This document shows positions 17,000-29,949 of a stretch of 64,000 nt of DNA, piece by piece. The DNA is taken from NCBI RefSeq assembly GCF_009914755.1, contig NC_060929.1; one strand, given 5' to 3'. Positions within the stretch are counted from its first letter, which is position 1. Every line of letters begins with the position of its first letter. This stretch comes from the human T2T-CHM13v2.0 reference genome, Homo sapiens. The translations under genes were made by a program, and so were the position numbers. The notes beneath the pieces are model-generated. The model made no database searches and was not told the DNA's origin. It was given only the letters and a program-made list of their open reading frames with translations.

Positions 17000-17160
17000 T
17001 ACTAGGAGAGATCTTAGAGCCTTATATAAATACAGAAGCTGCAGGCCTGTTGTAGAAGAATCTCTGTTGGAGCAAACCAGAAACAAAGGATTTGTAATAT
17101 TTGTAATATTTTTAAAAGCCTCCCTACAGCTAATCCCCAGATCTTTTGGGACCCACTGAC
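17000..17160. mobile_element. MER5-like hAT fragment
   Basis: TAAATACAGAAGCTGCAGGCC..AGAATCTCTG..TTTTTAAAAGCCTCCC..TTTGGGACCCACTG. Confidence 0.5.
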
Positions 17161-17539
17161 CTGTAGCAGACTGTGCTTAAATTTACTTCTAAAAATAGCC
17201 TTTTACCCAGAGAGATGTAAGATTTCTCATTATTCTAGTTGTGACAGTCCTTTCATGGCTGATGACTCAACTGTACCCTAGGTGACAATTACCATAGAAT
17301 TTCACTATGTTGATAGGGTTAAAATTACTAGTTACCAGAATCTGTTGTACTTATCACATGAACTGGTTCATACAAAGTTAAATATGGATGATACAAATAA
17401 TGTGCATGTGGAAACTTGTTTGTCTATCCCAGATTTGGGGCCCAAACTTAAACGCTGACTGGGGCCAGGTAAGTGATATAAGCAAAGAAGTAGCCTGGGG
17501 TAAGATAATAAGGAATGGAAGAGACCATTGCAGCTAAGC

Positions 17540-17782
17540 AGCAAGTTCCCCAATCTGAAAGGTTTTGCTGTAGCTCAGCTCCAGCTAAATAGTTTCATTT
17601 GAGAATCAGGCACAGGGTTGCCAGATCTTTAGATTGTCTTTTAAGTTAAAATCTAGATTTTTTATGTCAAAATTTCCAGATTTAAATTTTGGCCCATTAA
17701 AAATAAAAGCACTGACATCAGTAAGGTGGGGCCTAAGTCTATGGGGCAAAATTTTGTCTGTAAGCTTTTAGTTTATGGCTGT
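17540..17782. mobile_element. MER102-like hAT-Charlie fragment
   Basis: GGTTGCCAGATCTTT..AAATCTAGATTTTTTATGTCAAAATTTCCAGATTTAAATTTTGGC. Confidence 0.5.
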
Positions 17783-18634
17783 GCCTATAAAATCTATGAA
17801 TTCTGGGAAGTGGGGATAGGAGGAAGTTTCCAGGAGAAGGAGACTGACCTTGGATAGTGTGCAAATCAGTGGGCACCATGACACCTCAGCCAAGGAGCAG
17901 GGCCCAGGAAGACAGGTGTCTAGAGAGCTCTCTTAGGCCACAGGCTCTCCTGATTTATTGTTTCCTCCTCTCCTAGAATGCCATTAGTCCTGGGGAGCCT
18001 ACTGTGCTAACAAGGGGTGGGTATTTCATTCACAAGCTGAAAGAGTGACGTATTTTCTTTTTCTGTTTAATTTCTAAGAAGTGAACAAGTTTATTAAAAC
18101 TATTGGTACAGCAACTAGACTTAAGAAAATTCAATTCAATGCTTCATTATGTATTTTCAGAAATAAAGGTGTTTATTTCACAAAAGGAAATTGCCTATTG
18201 GCTTGGTTACTTTATATCTGATTTTCCAACTAGCTTTTTAGATCATTCGCAGTTCATTCCATATATCATATGTATTACAAATGGAAAAATGTGCCTATGT
18301 CAATAACTTTATTTTGAATAATGGTAAAAATTTCTAAGATATGCATAGTGAGGTTTGTAGAGTGGTTTGCTTATTTATCTTTTTATTTTGAAATAATTTC
18401 AAATTTGGAAAAATATTCTAAAATTGTCTAAAATAGTCTAAAATAGTCTAAAAATTCCCATATATCTTTTATTCAGATTAATTGTCAGCATTTTTCTATT
18501 TGACATTTCTCTCTCCCCCATTTATTATGTATATTACTAATAATATATAAGAAATATATATTATTTCTTTTTTAATTCATTTGAAAGTAAGTTGTAGATA
18601 TCACATTCATCTTCCCTTAAATACCTCAGTCTTG

Positions 18635-18960
18635 GGCTGGGCGCCGTGGCTCACGCCTGTAATCCCAGCCCTTTGGGAGACTAAGGTGGGCGGATCATGA
18701 GGTCAGGAGATCGAGACCTCATGGCTAACAACGGTGAAACCGCGTCTCTACTAAAAATACAAAAAAAAAAAATTAGCCGGGCGTGGTGGCGGGCGCCTAT
18801 GGTCCCAGCTACTCAGGAGGCTGAGGCAGGAGAATGGCATGAACCCCGGAGACGGAGCTTGCAGTGAGCTGAGATTGCACTACTGCACTCCAGCCTGGGC
18901 GGCAGAGCGAGACTCCATCTCAAACACCAACAACAACAACAACAACAACAAAACAACAAC
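18635..18960 (+). mobile_element. AluY with (CAA)n tail
   Basis: GAGATCGAGACC, TGGCTAACA and GGAGAATGGCATGAACCC. Imperfect TSD AAATACCTCAGTCT / AAACACTTCAGTCT. Confidence 0.92.
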
Positions 18961-19252
18961 AAACACTTCAGTCTCAGTCTTTATTTACTAAGAATAAAAA
19001 GAATCTCTTATATTAACTCAGTATCATCAAAATCAGAAAACTTAACAAAATTCAACATTTAATCAAATACATTTATCTTATCTATAATACATGTTCAAAT
19101 TTGCTAATTGTACAGTTAAGGTCCTTTAGAGCATTTTTTTTTTCATCCCAGAATCTAATTTATGATCATGCATTGCATTTTCTTTGTCATGTCATTTTAG
19201 TCTCCTTTAACCTGGAGGAATTTTCCAGCCTTTTTGTTGTTGTTGTTCTTTA

Positions 19253-19597
19253 CAGGGGTCCCCAACTCCCAGGTCACGAACCTGTGTGGGTCTGTGGCCT
19301 GTTAGGAACCAGGCTGCACAGCAGGAGGTGAGCAGCTGGTGAGCTAGCGTTACCACCTGAGTTCCGCCTTAAGTCAGATAAGCGGTAGCATTAGATTCTC
19401 ATAAGAGCACAAACCCTATTGTGAACAGGGCCTGTGAGGGAGCTAGGTTTTCTGCTTTTTATTAGAATCTAACTAATGCCTGATGATGTGAGGTAGAACA
19501 GTTTCATCCCAAGAGCAACCCGTCCCCTAAGCCTGGCAGTGGAAAAATTGTCTTCCACGAAACCGGTCCCTGGTGCCAAAAAGGTTGGGAACTGCTG
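19253..19597 (+). mobile_element. MER1B hAT-Charlie element
   Basis: Termini CAGGGGTCCCCAAC and GGTTGGGAACTGCTG. Internal GGCCTGTTAGGAACC, GCATTAGATTCTCATA and AAACCGGTCCCTGGTGCCAAAAAGG. Confidence 0.9.
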
Positions 19598-20279
19598 CTC
19601 TATGATATTGACATTTTTGAAGAATACCAATCATTCATTTCATAAGTTATCCCTCAATTTGGATTTGTCTGAAGTTTCCTCATAATTATGTCCAAATTAT
19701 GTCTTTACTGCATAAATGATGTGTCCTTCTCAGTGTGTTATTTTAGAAGGCTCATGAAGTCATTTTTCTCTTACTTTTGATCACTTGGTTAATACCCGAT
19801 CACTTAGTTTACACCAAATTTCTCCACTCTAAAATTACTGTTTTCCTTTTTTATCTTAAAAGTAGTTCAAGAAGAGATACTTTTTGGGTATGTAAATATC
19901 CTGTTTCTAATTAAACTTTCACTTACTAGGCTTAGTGTCCATTGATGATTCTTGCCTGAATCAATTATTACAATCAATTGTAATGGCTGCAAAATGGTGA
20001 TTTTCTAACTGTACCATTTTTCGCTATGTTTATTAGTTAACCTTCTACTCGCTTTCTTTATTTTTCCTTATTTATGTATATCAGTATATACTGATTCTTA
20101 TTTTATCTATAGATTATAATTCATTACTATCATTATTTATTTTGGTATTTAAGTGTCCGAGTATTGATAAAATATTTTAAATATTATGATTGCTCCAAAA
20201 TTCAATAATGTATACTTTACTACAAGATAGATGGTGCATAAATTGGAGAAGTAGTTCAGTCTCTTTTATTTACACCTCT

Positions 20280-20445
20280 AGATGTATTTCCATCCTTGTT
20301 CACCTTGCTGACTATCCCTGGAGCCTAAACTATATGAACTGCATCCATGGGTTCCTTTGTCCAATGGTTTCTAGATGGGGTTGGCCCATGAGAAGTGCCC
20401 ATAGGCATTTGGAGGGAAGGAGGAGAGTGAGATTCCGTATTTGTT
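20280..20445. mobile_element. LTR33-like ERVL LTR fragment
   Basis: GAACTGCATCCATGGGTTCCTTTG..GGTTGGCCCATGAGAAG..GGAGGGAAGGAGGAGAGTGAG. Confidence 0.55.
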
Positions 20446-20469
20446 TATCAAATGTCATCGCTAAAAGGA

Positions 20470-21350
20470 ATTTTACTTTTCTAAGTATTTTGAATTTTAA
20501 AATTATACAGTATAGAGCTGAGGGTTGGCAGTTATTTTCTCTCAGCACTTGGAAAATACTTATACTGTCTTCTGGTTTCAACTGTTTCTGGTAAGAATTC
20601 TGCTGTCTATAAATTTAGTTCTTTGTTCTTTAAAGGTAAACTATCTTTTATTCTGGTTTCTTTTAAGATATTTCCTTATCTTTGGTGTTTTGCGGTTTCT
20701 CTCTGATACGTCTAGGTATAGATTTCCGTTTTAGTTATCTTGTTTAGGATTCATCTTACTTCCTAAACTCAGTACTCAAATCTTTTGATATCTAGAAAAA
20801 TTCCAGGTATTTTCTCTTTCAATATTGCATTTCCTTACTTTTCTTAATTCTCTCCTTTTGGCAATACTTTTATAAATAGTTTGGAGCGTCTCATTTATTC
20901 TTCTTGACTCAAATTTTTTTATTTGTATAAATTTATGGGGTACACATTCAATGTTGTTACATGCATAAATTGTGTAGTGGTCAAGTCAGGGTCTTAGGGT
21001 ATCTATCATGCAAATAGCAGCTTTTCTATATTTTAGCCACATTTTCTGTATTTTTTCTGTCCTTCATTCTAGATAATTTCCTCAAATCTACCTTCCAGTT
21101 CACTGATCTTTATTTTAACTTTGCTTAATCTGCTATTTACTCCAGCCACTGCATTTTAAATTGCAATGAATGTTTTTTCTTTTCAGAATTTCTATTTGCT
21201 TTGTTTCCAAATCTCTCTTGTTTGACTCATGTTAACATTTTAAACATACTCATTTTATAGTTTCCGTCACACACTTGACTTTCTAAGGGTGTTTATGCTA
21301 ATATTTGTTCTAGCTTTTGATTCTTGCTCAGGAGATTGTATTTTGAAATT
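20470..21350 (-). mobile_element. Old L1M ORF1-region fragment
   Basis: The minus-strand ORF contains SIFQVLRENNCQPSALY, like L1 ORF1 IFNILKEKNFQPRISY. Confidence 0.6.
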
Positions 21351-21874
21351 TTCAGATATGATCTTATGCTCAGTTGTGATTTTGCGATGGGAAAAACTGT
21401 GATGCCTCTAGCATGGTTTTGCACTTGATTTTTCCAGAAGCCCCAGGGTTCTCAGTATCCTGGCATACATTTTTATTTAATTTTCAGTTTGGAGATTTAT
21501 GAACCTCATAAATAGCATAAATTGGAATTTCAAACTGACAAGAGATATAGGGCATTGTTATGAGTCTTACCTCAGTTCTAGGTAAGATTTGCTGATGGCA
21601 CCCTGTGCAGGCAAATGATTTGTTCTAGTCCGTAGCTTCACTCAGAATCTTACTATGGGGTCTAATTTAGTACATGAAGGCTCAATTTCAAATCCTTGCT
21701 TTTTCTAGTACCAAGTATTTTCTCCTTAGTTTTTAAATACTAGCATTCAGATGATACCAATAATTCTGCATAGGGAAGCTGCAGCCTTATGCATTTACTA
21801 TGCTATTTTTGTTTTGTTTTGACCTGAATGAATTTCCTTTCCTTCTCTGGGAGCTCAGTTAAGAATTCAAAAAT

Positions 21875-24800
21875 ATTTTAAAGTAGCTTTCTGAGATATA
21901 ATTGATCTACCATAAACTCACCCATTTAAAGTGAACATTTTAATGGGCTTTAATATTTTGACACAGTTGTGCAGCCTTAACCACAGCAATTTTAGAACAT
22001 TTTCATTACCTTAAGAAGAAACCGCAACCATTTAGCAATCAGTGCCCCATTTCTCCAACTTCCCGGGCCCTAGGCGACCACTAGTTTATGTTCTGTCTCC
22101 ATAGACTTGCCTATTCTGAACATTTCATATAAATAGAATCATACAAAAGTAATCTTTTGTGCCTGGCTTGTCACATAGCACAGTGTTTTCAGGGTTCATC
22201 CATTTTGTAGTATGAATCAGTAATGTCTTTCCTTTTTCCTAATTAATAAACTATTTTAGAGTAGCTTTAGATTAACAGCAAAATTGAGCAGAAGGTATAG
22301 AGAGTTCCCATATACTCCAGTTCCTACACAGGTACAGCCTTCTCACTATTGATATCCTCCACTATGGTGGTAACTTTGATATAATTTACCTTGAAATTCA
22401 CTCTTGGTGTTGTACATTCTATGAGTTCTGACAAATGCATAATAACAAGTGTGCATTTTTATAGTATTATACAAAAAATTTTCATTTTCTAAAAATTCAG
22501 CCTGCTATGTCTGAAACTAATATAGCTACTCCTACTTTCTTTTTATTAGTGTTAGCATATTATATCTGTCTTCATACCTTTACACTGATTTTGTGTCTAT
22601 ATATTTAAAGTGGGTTTCTTGTAGGCAACATATAATTGAGTCTATTTGTTGATCCAGTCCGACAACCTCTGCTTTTTAATTGGGATATTTAGACCATTGA
22701 TGTTTAAAGTTATTATTGATACAGTTGGATTGATATCTACCATATTTTTTACTGTTTTCTATTTTTTGTCCTTGTTCTTTGTTTCTATTTATGTGTGTCA
22801 CACTATTTCTGCCTTTTGCAATTTTAATTGATTCAATTTTCTCCCATTTTTCTTTTCTTGTTTTGCTTTTTAAAGTGGTTGCTTTAGAGTTTGCAACATA
22901 CATTTACAAGTAATTCACATTCACTTTCAAATAACACGATACAGCTTCACAGGTAGCATGAGTTCCTTATGATAATAACAAGAATGATCCTAATTCTTCT
23001 TTCCTGTTCATTATATCATTTCTTTCATACATTTCACTCATACATAAGTATTTAAATATATATCCATGTGCACACACACATACACATACATAAGCAAACA
23101 CAATCAAATAGATTATTTTGAGCATACAGTTATGTTAGATTAATGAAGAATTAGAAAGGTAGAAGTGTTTATTCTACCTTTACTTATTCCTTATTCAACG
23201 CATTTTCTTTCTGTTCATATACATGTTTTTCTGAGCTATATAATTTCCCTTCTCTGTAAAGAACTTCTTTCAACATTTCTTGCAAAGCAGGTCTACTCTC
23301 AGTAAATTTCCTCAATTTTCATTTGTCTATAAAAGTCATTATTTCTCTATTATTCATGAAAAATTGTTTTGCAAGGTACAGAATTCTAGGTTGGGCTAAA
23401 TTTAGGTATTTCCCTTACCAAGGTGGAAGGCTAGAGTTGAGTATCCCTCTTCGCCCAGGTCGGTTAGACACTCTTAAAACCCCAGCAGGTTAGAATCTGG
23501 TAAACCCAGGTCATATTATGAAAAACAAAATTCTCTGGCATATTTATAATCATTTAATTTCCCTTCCTCCTGATGGAAACATGGGAGGACTTTTCTTCAA
23601 TATTCATTGTGAGGGCCTGGTAGAGCTCCTGGAGGTAAAACTTGCAAACGTGTAAGGTGTCTTCTATGACTGGGTCCCCCTACGGTTTTAAACTCTGAGT
23701 GTTGTCTACACTGAGCTTCTAGCAATTTGTCATTTACAGTTCCTTCAGATTTCTTTACCCCAGCCCTGGTTTGTGCAGAGGTTGGAGCTCATGAGTTTCT
23801 ACTTTGGTAAACTGTGATTTTTTGGTACCCCTTTGTCCATTTCTCCAATTTCTGTGTAGTCATTTGCCCTGTGATTTTATTTCTCTGATGGATTGAAGAA
23901 GAATTGCTCATTTTTTAGTTGGTTCAGCTTTTTACTTGTTGTTGTGAGGGTGACTCTTACATGCCAGATCAGAAATCTGTTAATTTAATTTCATTGCTGA
24001 GTAATATTTTGTTGAGTGGATATACCACATATTATTTATTCATTCATTAGATGAGGGATCTTTAGGTAGTTTCACTTTTTGGCTATTATGAATAATACTG
24101 CTATAAACATTCATATACAAGTTTTTGTGTTGGCATATGTTTTCATTTGTCTTAGGTATATGCTTAGAAATGGAATTACTGGATCTATGGTAATTCTACG
24201 TTTAACCATGAAAAAAATGCCAGGCTATTTTCGAAGGCAACTGCACTGTTTTATATTCCCACCAGCAGTGGATAAGGGTTTCAATTTCTTTACCTGTTTT
24301 CTAACACTTATTGTTTGTCTTTTTGATAATAGCCATCCTAGTAGGTTTGCAATGGTATCTCATTGTAGTTTTGATTTACTTTTCCCTGGTGGCTTATGAT
24401 TTTGAGCATCTTTTCACATGCTTAGTGGACATTTATATCTCTTCTTTGCAATAATGCCAGTTCATGTCCTTGGCTTATATTTTAATTAGGCCATTTGTCT
24501 TTTACAATGAGTAATTACATATTCAAGATACATTGAGTCAATTACATGTTCTAGATACAGGTCCTTTATAAGATATGTAATATGTTCATTTTTTTCCCAT
24601 TCTGTGGGTTGATTCTTCATTTTCTTGTTGTTTTTTGAAAAACAATAATTTTAAATTTTGATGGTGTCCAATTTTTTTGTTTTTTTTTCTTTTTTGCTTA
24701 TGCTGTTGGCAACATACCTAAGAAACCATTGCCCAATCCAAAGTCACAAAGATTTATGACTATGTTTTCTCCTAAGGGTTTTATAAGTTTAGCTTTTACA

Positions 24801-25350
24801 TTTAAGTCTTCAATGTTAACTTTTGAGTTTGAGTTAAAAGTTTGTATATGGTGTGAGGTAGAGTGTCTAAATTCATTATTTTGTATTTGAATGTCTAGTC
24901 TTCCAAGCACCATTTATCAGAAAGATTGCTCTTTCCCCATGGAATGATCTTGACACCTTTGTCAATAATCAGTTGACTGTAAATGTGAAGATGTACTTTT
25001 GGACTTCTCAGTTCTATTCCGTTGATCTACATATCCACGTTTATGGCAGTACCACATTTTCTTGGTGTGTACTTACTGTACTTTTTGTAGTAAGTTTTGA
25101 AGTGGAGAAATGTGAGTCTTTCAACCTTCTTCCTTTCTAAGGCTGTTTTGGTTATTCTGGGTCCCATATTTCCAAATGAATTTTAAGATCAGCTTGCCAA
25201 TATTTACAAAATAAAGGCAGGTGAGATTTTGATAGAGATTGCATTGAATTTGTAGATCAATTTGATAAATATTGCCTCTTAACAACATTGTCTTTTAGTC
25301 CTTGAACATGGAATATCTTTGTAGTTATTTAGATCTTTAATTTCTTTCAA
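21875..25350 (-). mobile_element. L1MB-type 3' region (about 21875-22235 and 23985-25350), split by another L1
   Basis: GAGATATAATTGA..CACCCATTTAAAGTG..TTTTAGAACATTTTCATTACC resumes at ATTGCTGAGTAATATT..GGATATACCACAT and continues into antisense ORF2 C-terminal sequence. Confidence 0.8.
22240..23980 (-). mobile_element. L1MC-type element: 3' end (about 22240-22497) joined to ORF2 start/ORF1/5' sequence
   Basis: TTTTAGAGTAGCTTTAGATTAACAGCAAAATTGAGCAGAAGGTATAGAGAGTTCCCATATAC (L1MC1/2-like end) abuts antisense endonuclease-coding sequence (SIITLNINGLNIPIKKQRLSDWI). Confidence 0.65.
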
Positions 25351-25452
25351 TATTGCTTTTATGTTTTTTTCAGTATATTTTTTTTTAAATTCACTTTTTC
25401 ATATTATTTTATATAGTTTTTTATTTTATATAGAATTTCATTTTATATAGAA

Positions 25453-25515
25453 TTTTTTTTTGAGACAGAGTCTTTTTCTGTCACCCATGCTGCAGTACAG
25501 TGGTGTGATCTCGGC
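25453..25515 (-). mobile_element. 5'-truncated Alu fragment
   Basis: T-run then GAGACAGAGTCT..CTGTCACCCATGCTGCAGTACAGTGGTGTGATCTCGGC. Confidence 0.8.
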
Positions 25516-26599
25516 CATAAATCTGTGATTTAGTTTGTTTCTCTCAAGGAACTATCAGCCTCTTCTTATTGTTACCAACAAAATCTCCATTGTTTTTGAA
25601 CGATCCCTTAGGTTTGAAATTCTCCACACTGTTTCAAATGAATCATTTTCTTTGGGGATGGCTTTAGAAGTCTTCGTTTTTGTGGACTGCCTCTCACCCT
25701 GTGCAACATCTTTGAGCCACTGCTCTGGGTGTAAGATGCAGAAAGTAGCCTCTTTTGAACTTTCTTCTCTGGCTGTAGAACTTCCACACTACATCCCAAA
25801 TTTTAGAGTTTGGCACGTGAGCCATATATGCCAATTAGAGCATTCCATCATTGGCTATAGCAATTAACATCTGACTTAAATGTGGACAATGATTGTTGTT
25901 GTTGACGGTGGTAGTGGTGTCATTTGCTTCTGTGTGTGTGTGTGTTGCATGTGATTAAGTTCGTGTATGTGCACACATATTTTCCATTGAGATTTAAACT
26001 TAGAATTTTTTTCTGGAAGCATATGAAAAATGATGCTCTCTCTTTTTTTTTTTCCATGATTGCTGAGATAAAAGGATGTCAATCTAGAAATTCCAGTGGC
26101 TATTTTTATTACCATTTGGGGAAATCTGTATGAGAATAAAGTCATCAACAAAGAAGGTGGACCTGAGGAATAGAGAAAATTCTAGCCAACAACATTTAAT
26201 ATGATATGACAATGTCTAATTGCAGCGAAAGTACGGATTTATCATCTACCTGAACATACATTTCTCCCTATTTCTAAACCAGTTCTTCTCCATACATTTC
26301 TCCATACATCCTTTCATTGCTTGCAACTGGACCAGCATGAATCGACTTTCGTCATTTGCCCAGTTCCTAGACAATATGTGCATTAATATTAATTTTCCAA
26401 AAACATATAAATCATATGTCACATTCTACTTTGGCATTAGACAATAAAATTACTCATTGGTTACAAATATATCCAACTTACTTTGACTTCTAATATACAC
26501 AAGTTACTAGTTTTCCTGACAGCTTTGGAGGTTGTTAGGTTAGGAGTTTGAGAAGGGTATGGTCTAATGCTAGTTTCATAAGAATTTAGAGACTAGTAA

Positions 26600-26909
<310 letters not shown>

Positions 26910-28764
26910 AATTTTTTTTAAACTAATGTCTATTTCTTCCAGGCAGAACCTCTTCAGATTCATAGTCATTCAGGGAAAGCGTGTATTTTGTAAAATTATG
27001 TAGTTAGTTAGTTCCTAGGAACACCCAATTATGAAGCCCCCCTATCAGAAAGTCTGTTGCCCCTAAACAGCAAAAATCAAGAATAACTCAAGCTTTCTCT
27101 TGAGCCTTCATTCTCACCAAGAACTCTAAACACTTACATCCAAGGAAGCAAAGAGAAAAAGACAGTGTCACAACTCCCATAGAGCAGCAAGCATATTTTT
27201 AAACAGATTCCAAAGTTTACTCCTATAGGGATCATTGGAAAAATGACACAAACGGCAGGTGTAGAGTCCATAATTGAATTATATTAAGGCATCTTGATTT
27301 TGTGTATTGTACTTCCTTGTGTTTCTGAAGCTTTGGGAGCATGAGGCCAGAGAGTGGACTTTTTGGATTTTCATGGAGTGCATGCCCTTGTTAGGGGACT
27401 GCTAGGGAACTGGGCCACAGTACAGTAAGGCTGGGCCCCGCTGGAATGACTTACTGTCTTCTCCCAGAAAGCCTAAGAAGTGGAAGGGCTCAGGGAAGTC
27501 TCGGTACCCAAAAGAGCTGGTTGTGGGTAATGGCTCATTTTTGTGAGTGGACCAGGATTTTGCTAAATTAGGAAACAGGAGAGAGAAGAAAACAAAGCAA
27601 ACTTTGGTACCTTGTTTTTTTGTTTGTTTGTTTTTTGTCCCCCCCCCCCAGTGAGATAATTCTTTTCTAGTTTGGTGTGGAATCTTGGATAGAGGCCATT
27701 TGTCTTTACTGTTCTAGCCTTTCTTTTTTGCTCTTTGCCTCTCTAATTTCTGGAAAACCTCACTGATAGTTATTACTTGTGTATGAAAAATATTTTCTTC
27801 TGGTTATTTAGAAAGAATAGGCCACCTGTTTCTCATGCAAATTTCTACACCCCTATGTTCCCCAAGGCCCTGCAAAATCCCTACTTGCAATTGCTTGTTG
27901 AGATAACTGTGTTTAACTCGTGGCAAGTAGACACCTAGAGGCAGATGAGCAAGAACAAAATGTTTTTATTTGTTTCACAAAAATTTTATTGTTTCATGAT
28001 ATTGAGTTCTCCAGTGATTGATAATAGGGACTGTAAAATAAAAAGTTGAGATTTTAAACAGTGAGATTCAAACCTTAACATAAGTGCCTTTAAAAAGAAA
28101 TGAAAGCTTAGCTTTTGATAACAGCAACAAAGTTTAAGCCATCATTGCTATAACGCTATTATGTTTCCTTTTTCGGTACACTAGGCCCACAAAAAGCTTT
28201 GAAAACAGTACCTTTTGTTTACATTATTAATCTGCTTAGCAAAATATTTCTTTGAGATAATATAAAGGTACATTTCAACCTAATCTATGATAAATGATTG
28301 CCAAATCGCTGAGTTGAACTGGAATTAATGAACTTTTATTATGGTAGAGTCCATTTTAAATCTTTTTTTTTTTTCTCCAATCTTGTCAAACTGTATTACA
28401 TTAGGATCTATTTAACAATCATGTTTGAGTCCTCTGAATTCTTGGTGACTCGCTTCTTTTGACATTTACTTGGTTCTTTTTATTTATGTTTACTCTTTTG
28501 CCTAGACCTTGAAATATGATCTAGAAGGAATCAGAACAACCTTGAGCAGAGAGAGAATAGTCCTATAGTTTCTTATTATTATTCTACTAACTTTCTAAGA
28601 ATTTGGATCATTATTCTACCTATAGTGTGACTGCTGTGGCCTTGAGTTCCTCCTTTGGTTTAACTCATACAATTTCTATTATTTTTGTATTTGGATTATT
28701 CATTATTATTTCCTGAATACTAGTTATTTATATTTTCCTATTAGTGCTATTCTGATTTCATTTG

Positions 28765-29358
28765 TTGTTGTTGTTTAACTTTCATTTTAAGTTCGGGGTG
28801 CATGTGCAGGTTTGTTACATAAGTAAACTTCTGTCATGGGGGTTTGTTGTACAGATTATTTCCTCACCCAGGTATTAAGCCTAGTACCCATTAGTTATTT
28901 TTCCTGATCCTCTTCCTCCTCCCACCTTCCACCTGCCAAGAGGCCCCAGTGTGTGTTGTTCCCCTCTATGTGTCCACATGTTCTAATCATTTAGCTACCA
29001 TTTATAAGTGAGAACATACTGTCCCATCACTCTGTGCAATGTTCCTTAAATTGAATTATCTGGTATTTTTTCCTTACTAGATTGATGTCATGCATTTTTT
29101 GTCAAGAGTTCTCCAAAAGTGAAGTTGTGCTGTTGTTGGTTCATCATATGAGGAGGTACTTGATGTTGTCATGTCTTTTAACAAATGCTGTTAACTTTGA
29201 TCACTTGGTTAAGGGGGATATCTGACAGATCTTTCTCCTACAAAATTACCATAATAGTTTTCTAGGGGTATTTGGTTTTCTGTTCCTGCAGTAGTTTGCT
29301 ACAGATAATGGCCTCCAGCCCCATCCATGTCCCTGCAAAGGACATAATCTCGTTATTC
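28765..29358 (-). mobile_element. L1PA (about PA11-15) 3' fragment, interrupted by a 250-bp local duplication
   Basis: CATGTGCAGGTTTGTTACATAAGTAAAC..GTGAGAACATA | GTATTTGGTTTTCTGTTCCTG..CCATGTCCCTGCAAAGGACAT. Confidence 0.88.
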
Positions 29359-29949
29359 TGACAAGGGATATTTAGTGATTTTTCTAATATCAGTCCTTAT
29401 CCCAAATCTCAATTCTCCCTCTAAGGAAAATGGAATGAGAAAACCAGAAAGAAAAGCACCCTTGAACACAGACAGAAACATTGGCCCTTCAAACTCCTTA
29501 GTTAGCCACTGACCTAGAAAGAAATTACGTTGACAGGAAGAGTCAATATAAGCAGAATTCATTCTGCATTTTCCTGACAGACAAATTGTCATTTATCATT
29601 GTTTTCATGGATAGCCAAAGAAAGCCAACTCTTATTTGTTTGAGTAAATGTATTTGTGAACAGCTGTTGCTCAAAACTCTACATAGCTCATTTGCTCAAA
29701 ACTCTACACAGCTTCCATTCTGCAGCCTTGTGAGGTTCCCGTCTGACTTCTGGGGACTTTCCTAGCCCAGAAGCTCTCTGTGCAGGTGCTGACATGCCCT
29801 TCCACTGCTGGCAACACAGACCCGGCCAGCTGGCTTCTACTCCTTCCTTTCTTGTCTCTGTTCAAGCCTGTCTTTTATGTAACAAGGGATCTGTTCTCTT
29901 ACCCATCTTGCCTGATCCTACCATTTTCCCTCTGCATCTTATTCACAAA

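Larger units (their letters stand above)
18370..20160 (-). mobile_element. L1MC4/5-like 3' end, interrupted by AluY and MER1B
   Basis: TTTTATTTTGAAATAATTTCAAA..CATTTGAAAGTAAGTTGTAGA..TTGACATTTTTGAAGAATAC..GATTCTTGCCTGAATCAATTATTAC. Confidence 0.7.

Noticed and set aside
19600-20160. Similarity to 30250-31300 as a segmental duplication
   Set aside because: Looks like family-level L1MC similarity only, much weaker than the 29017/30274 pair.
20190-20594. 134-aa ORF
   Set aside because: Spans LTR33-like and old L1 fragments and has a non-ATG start.
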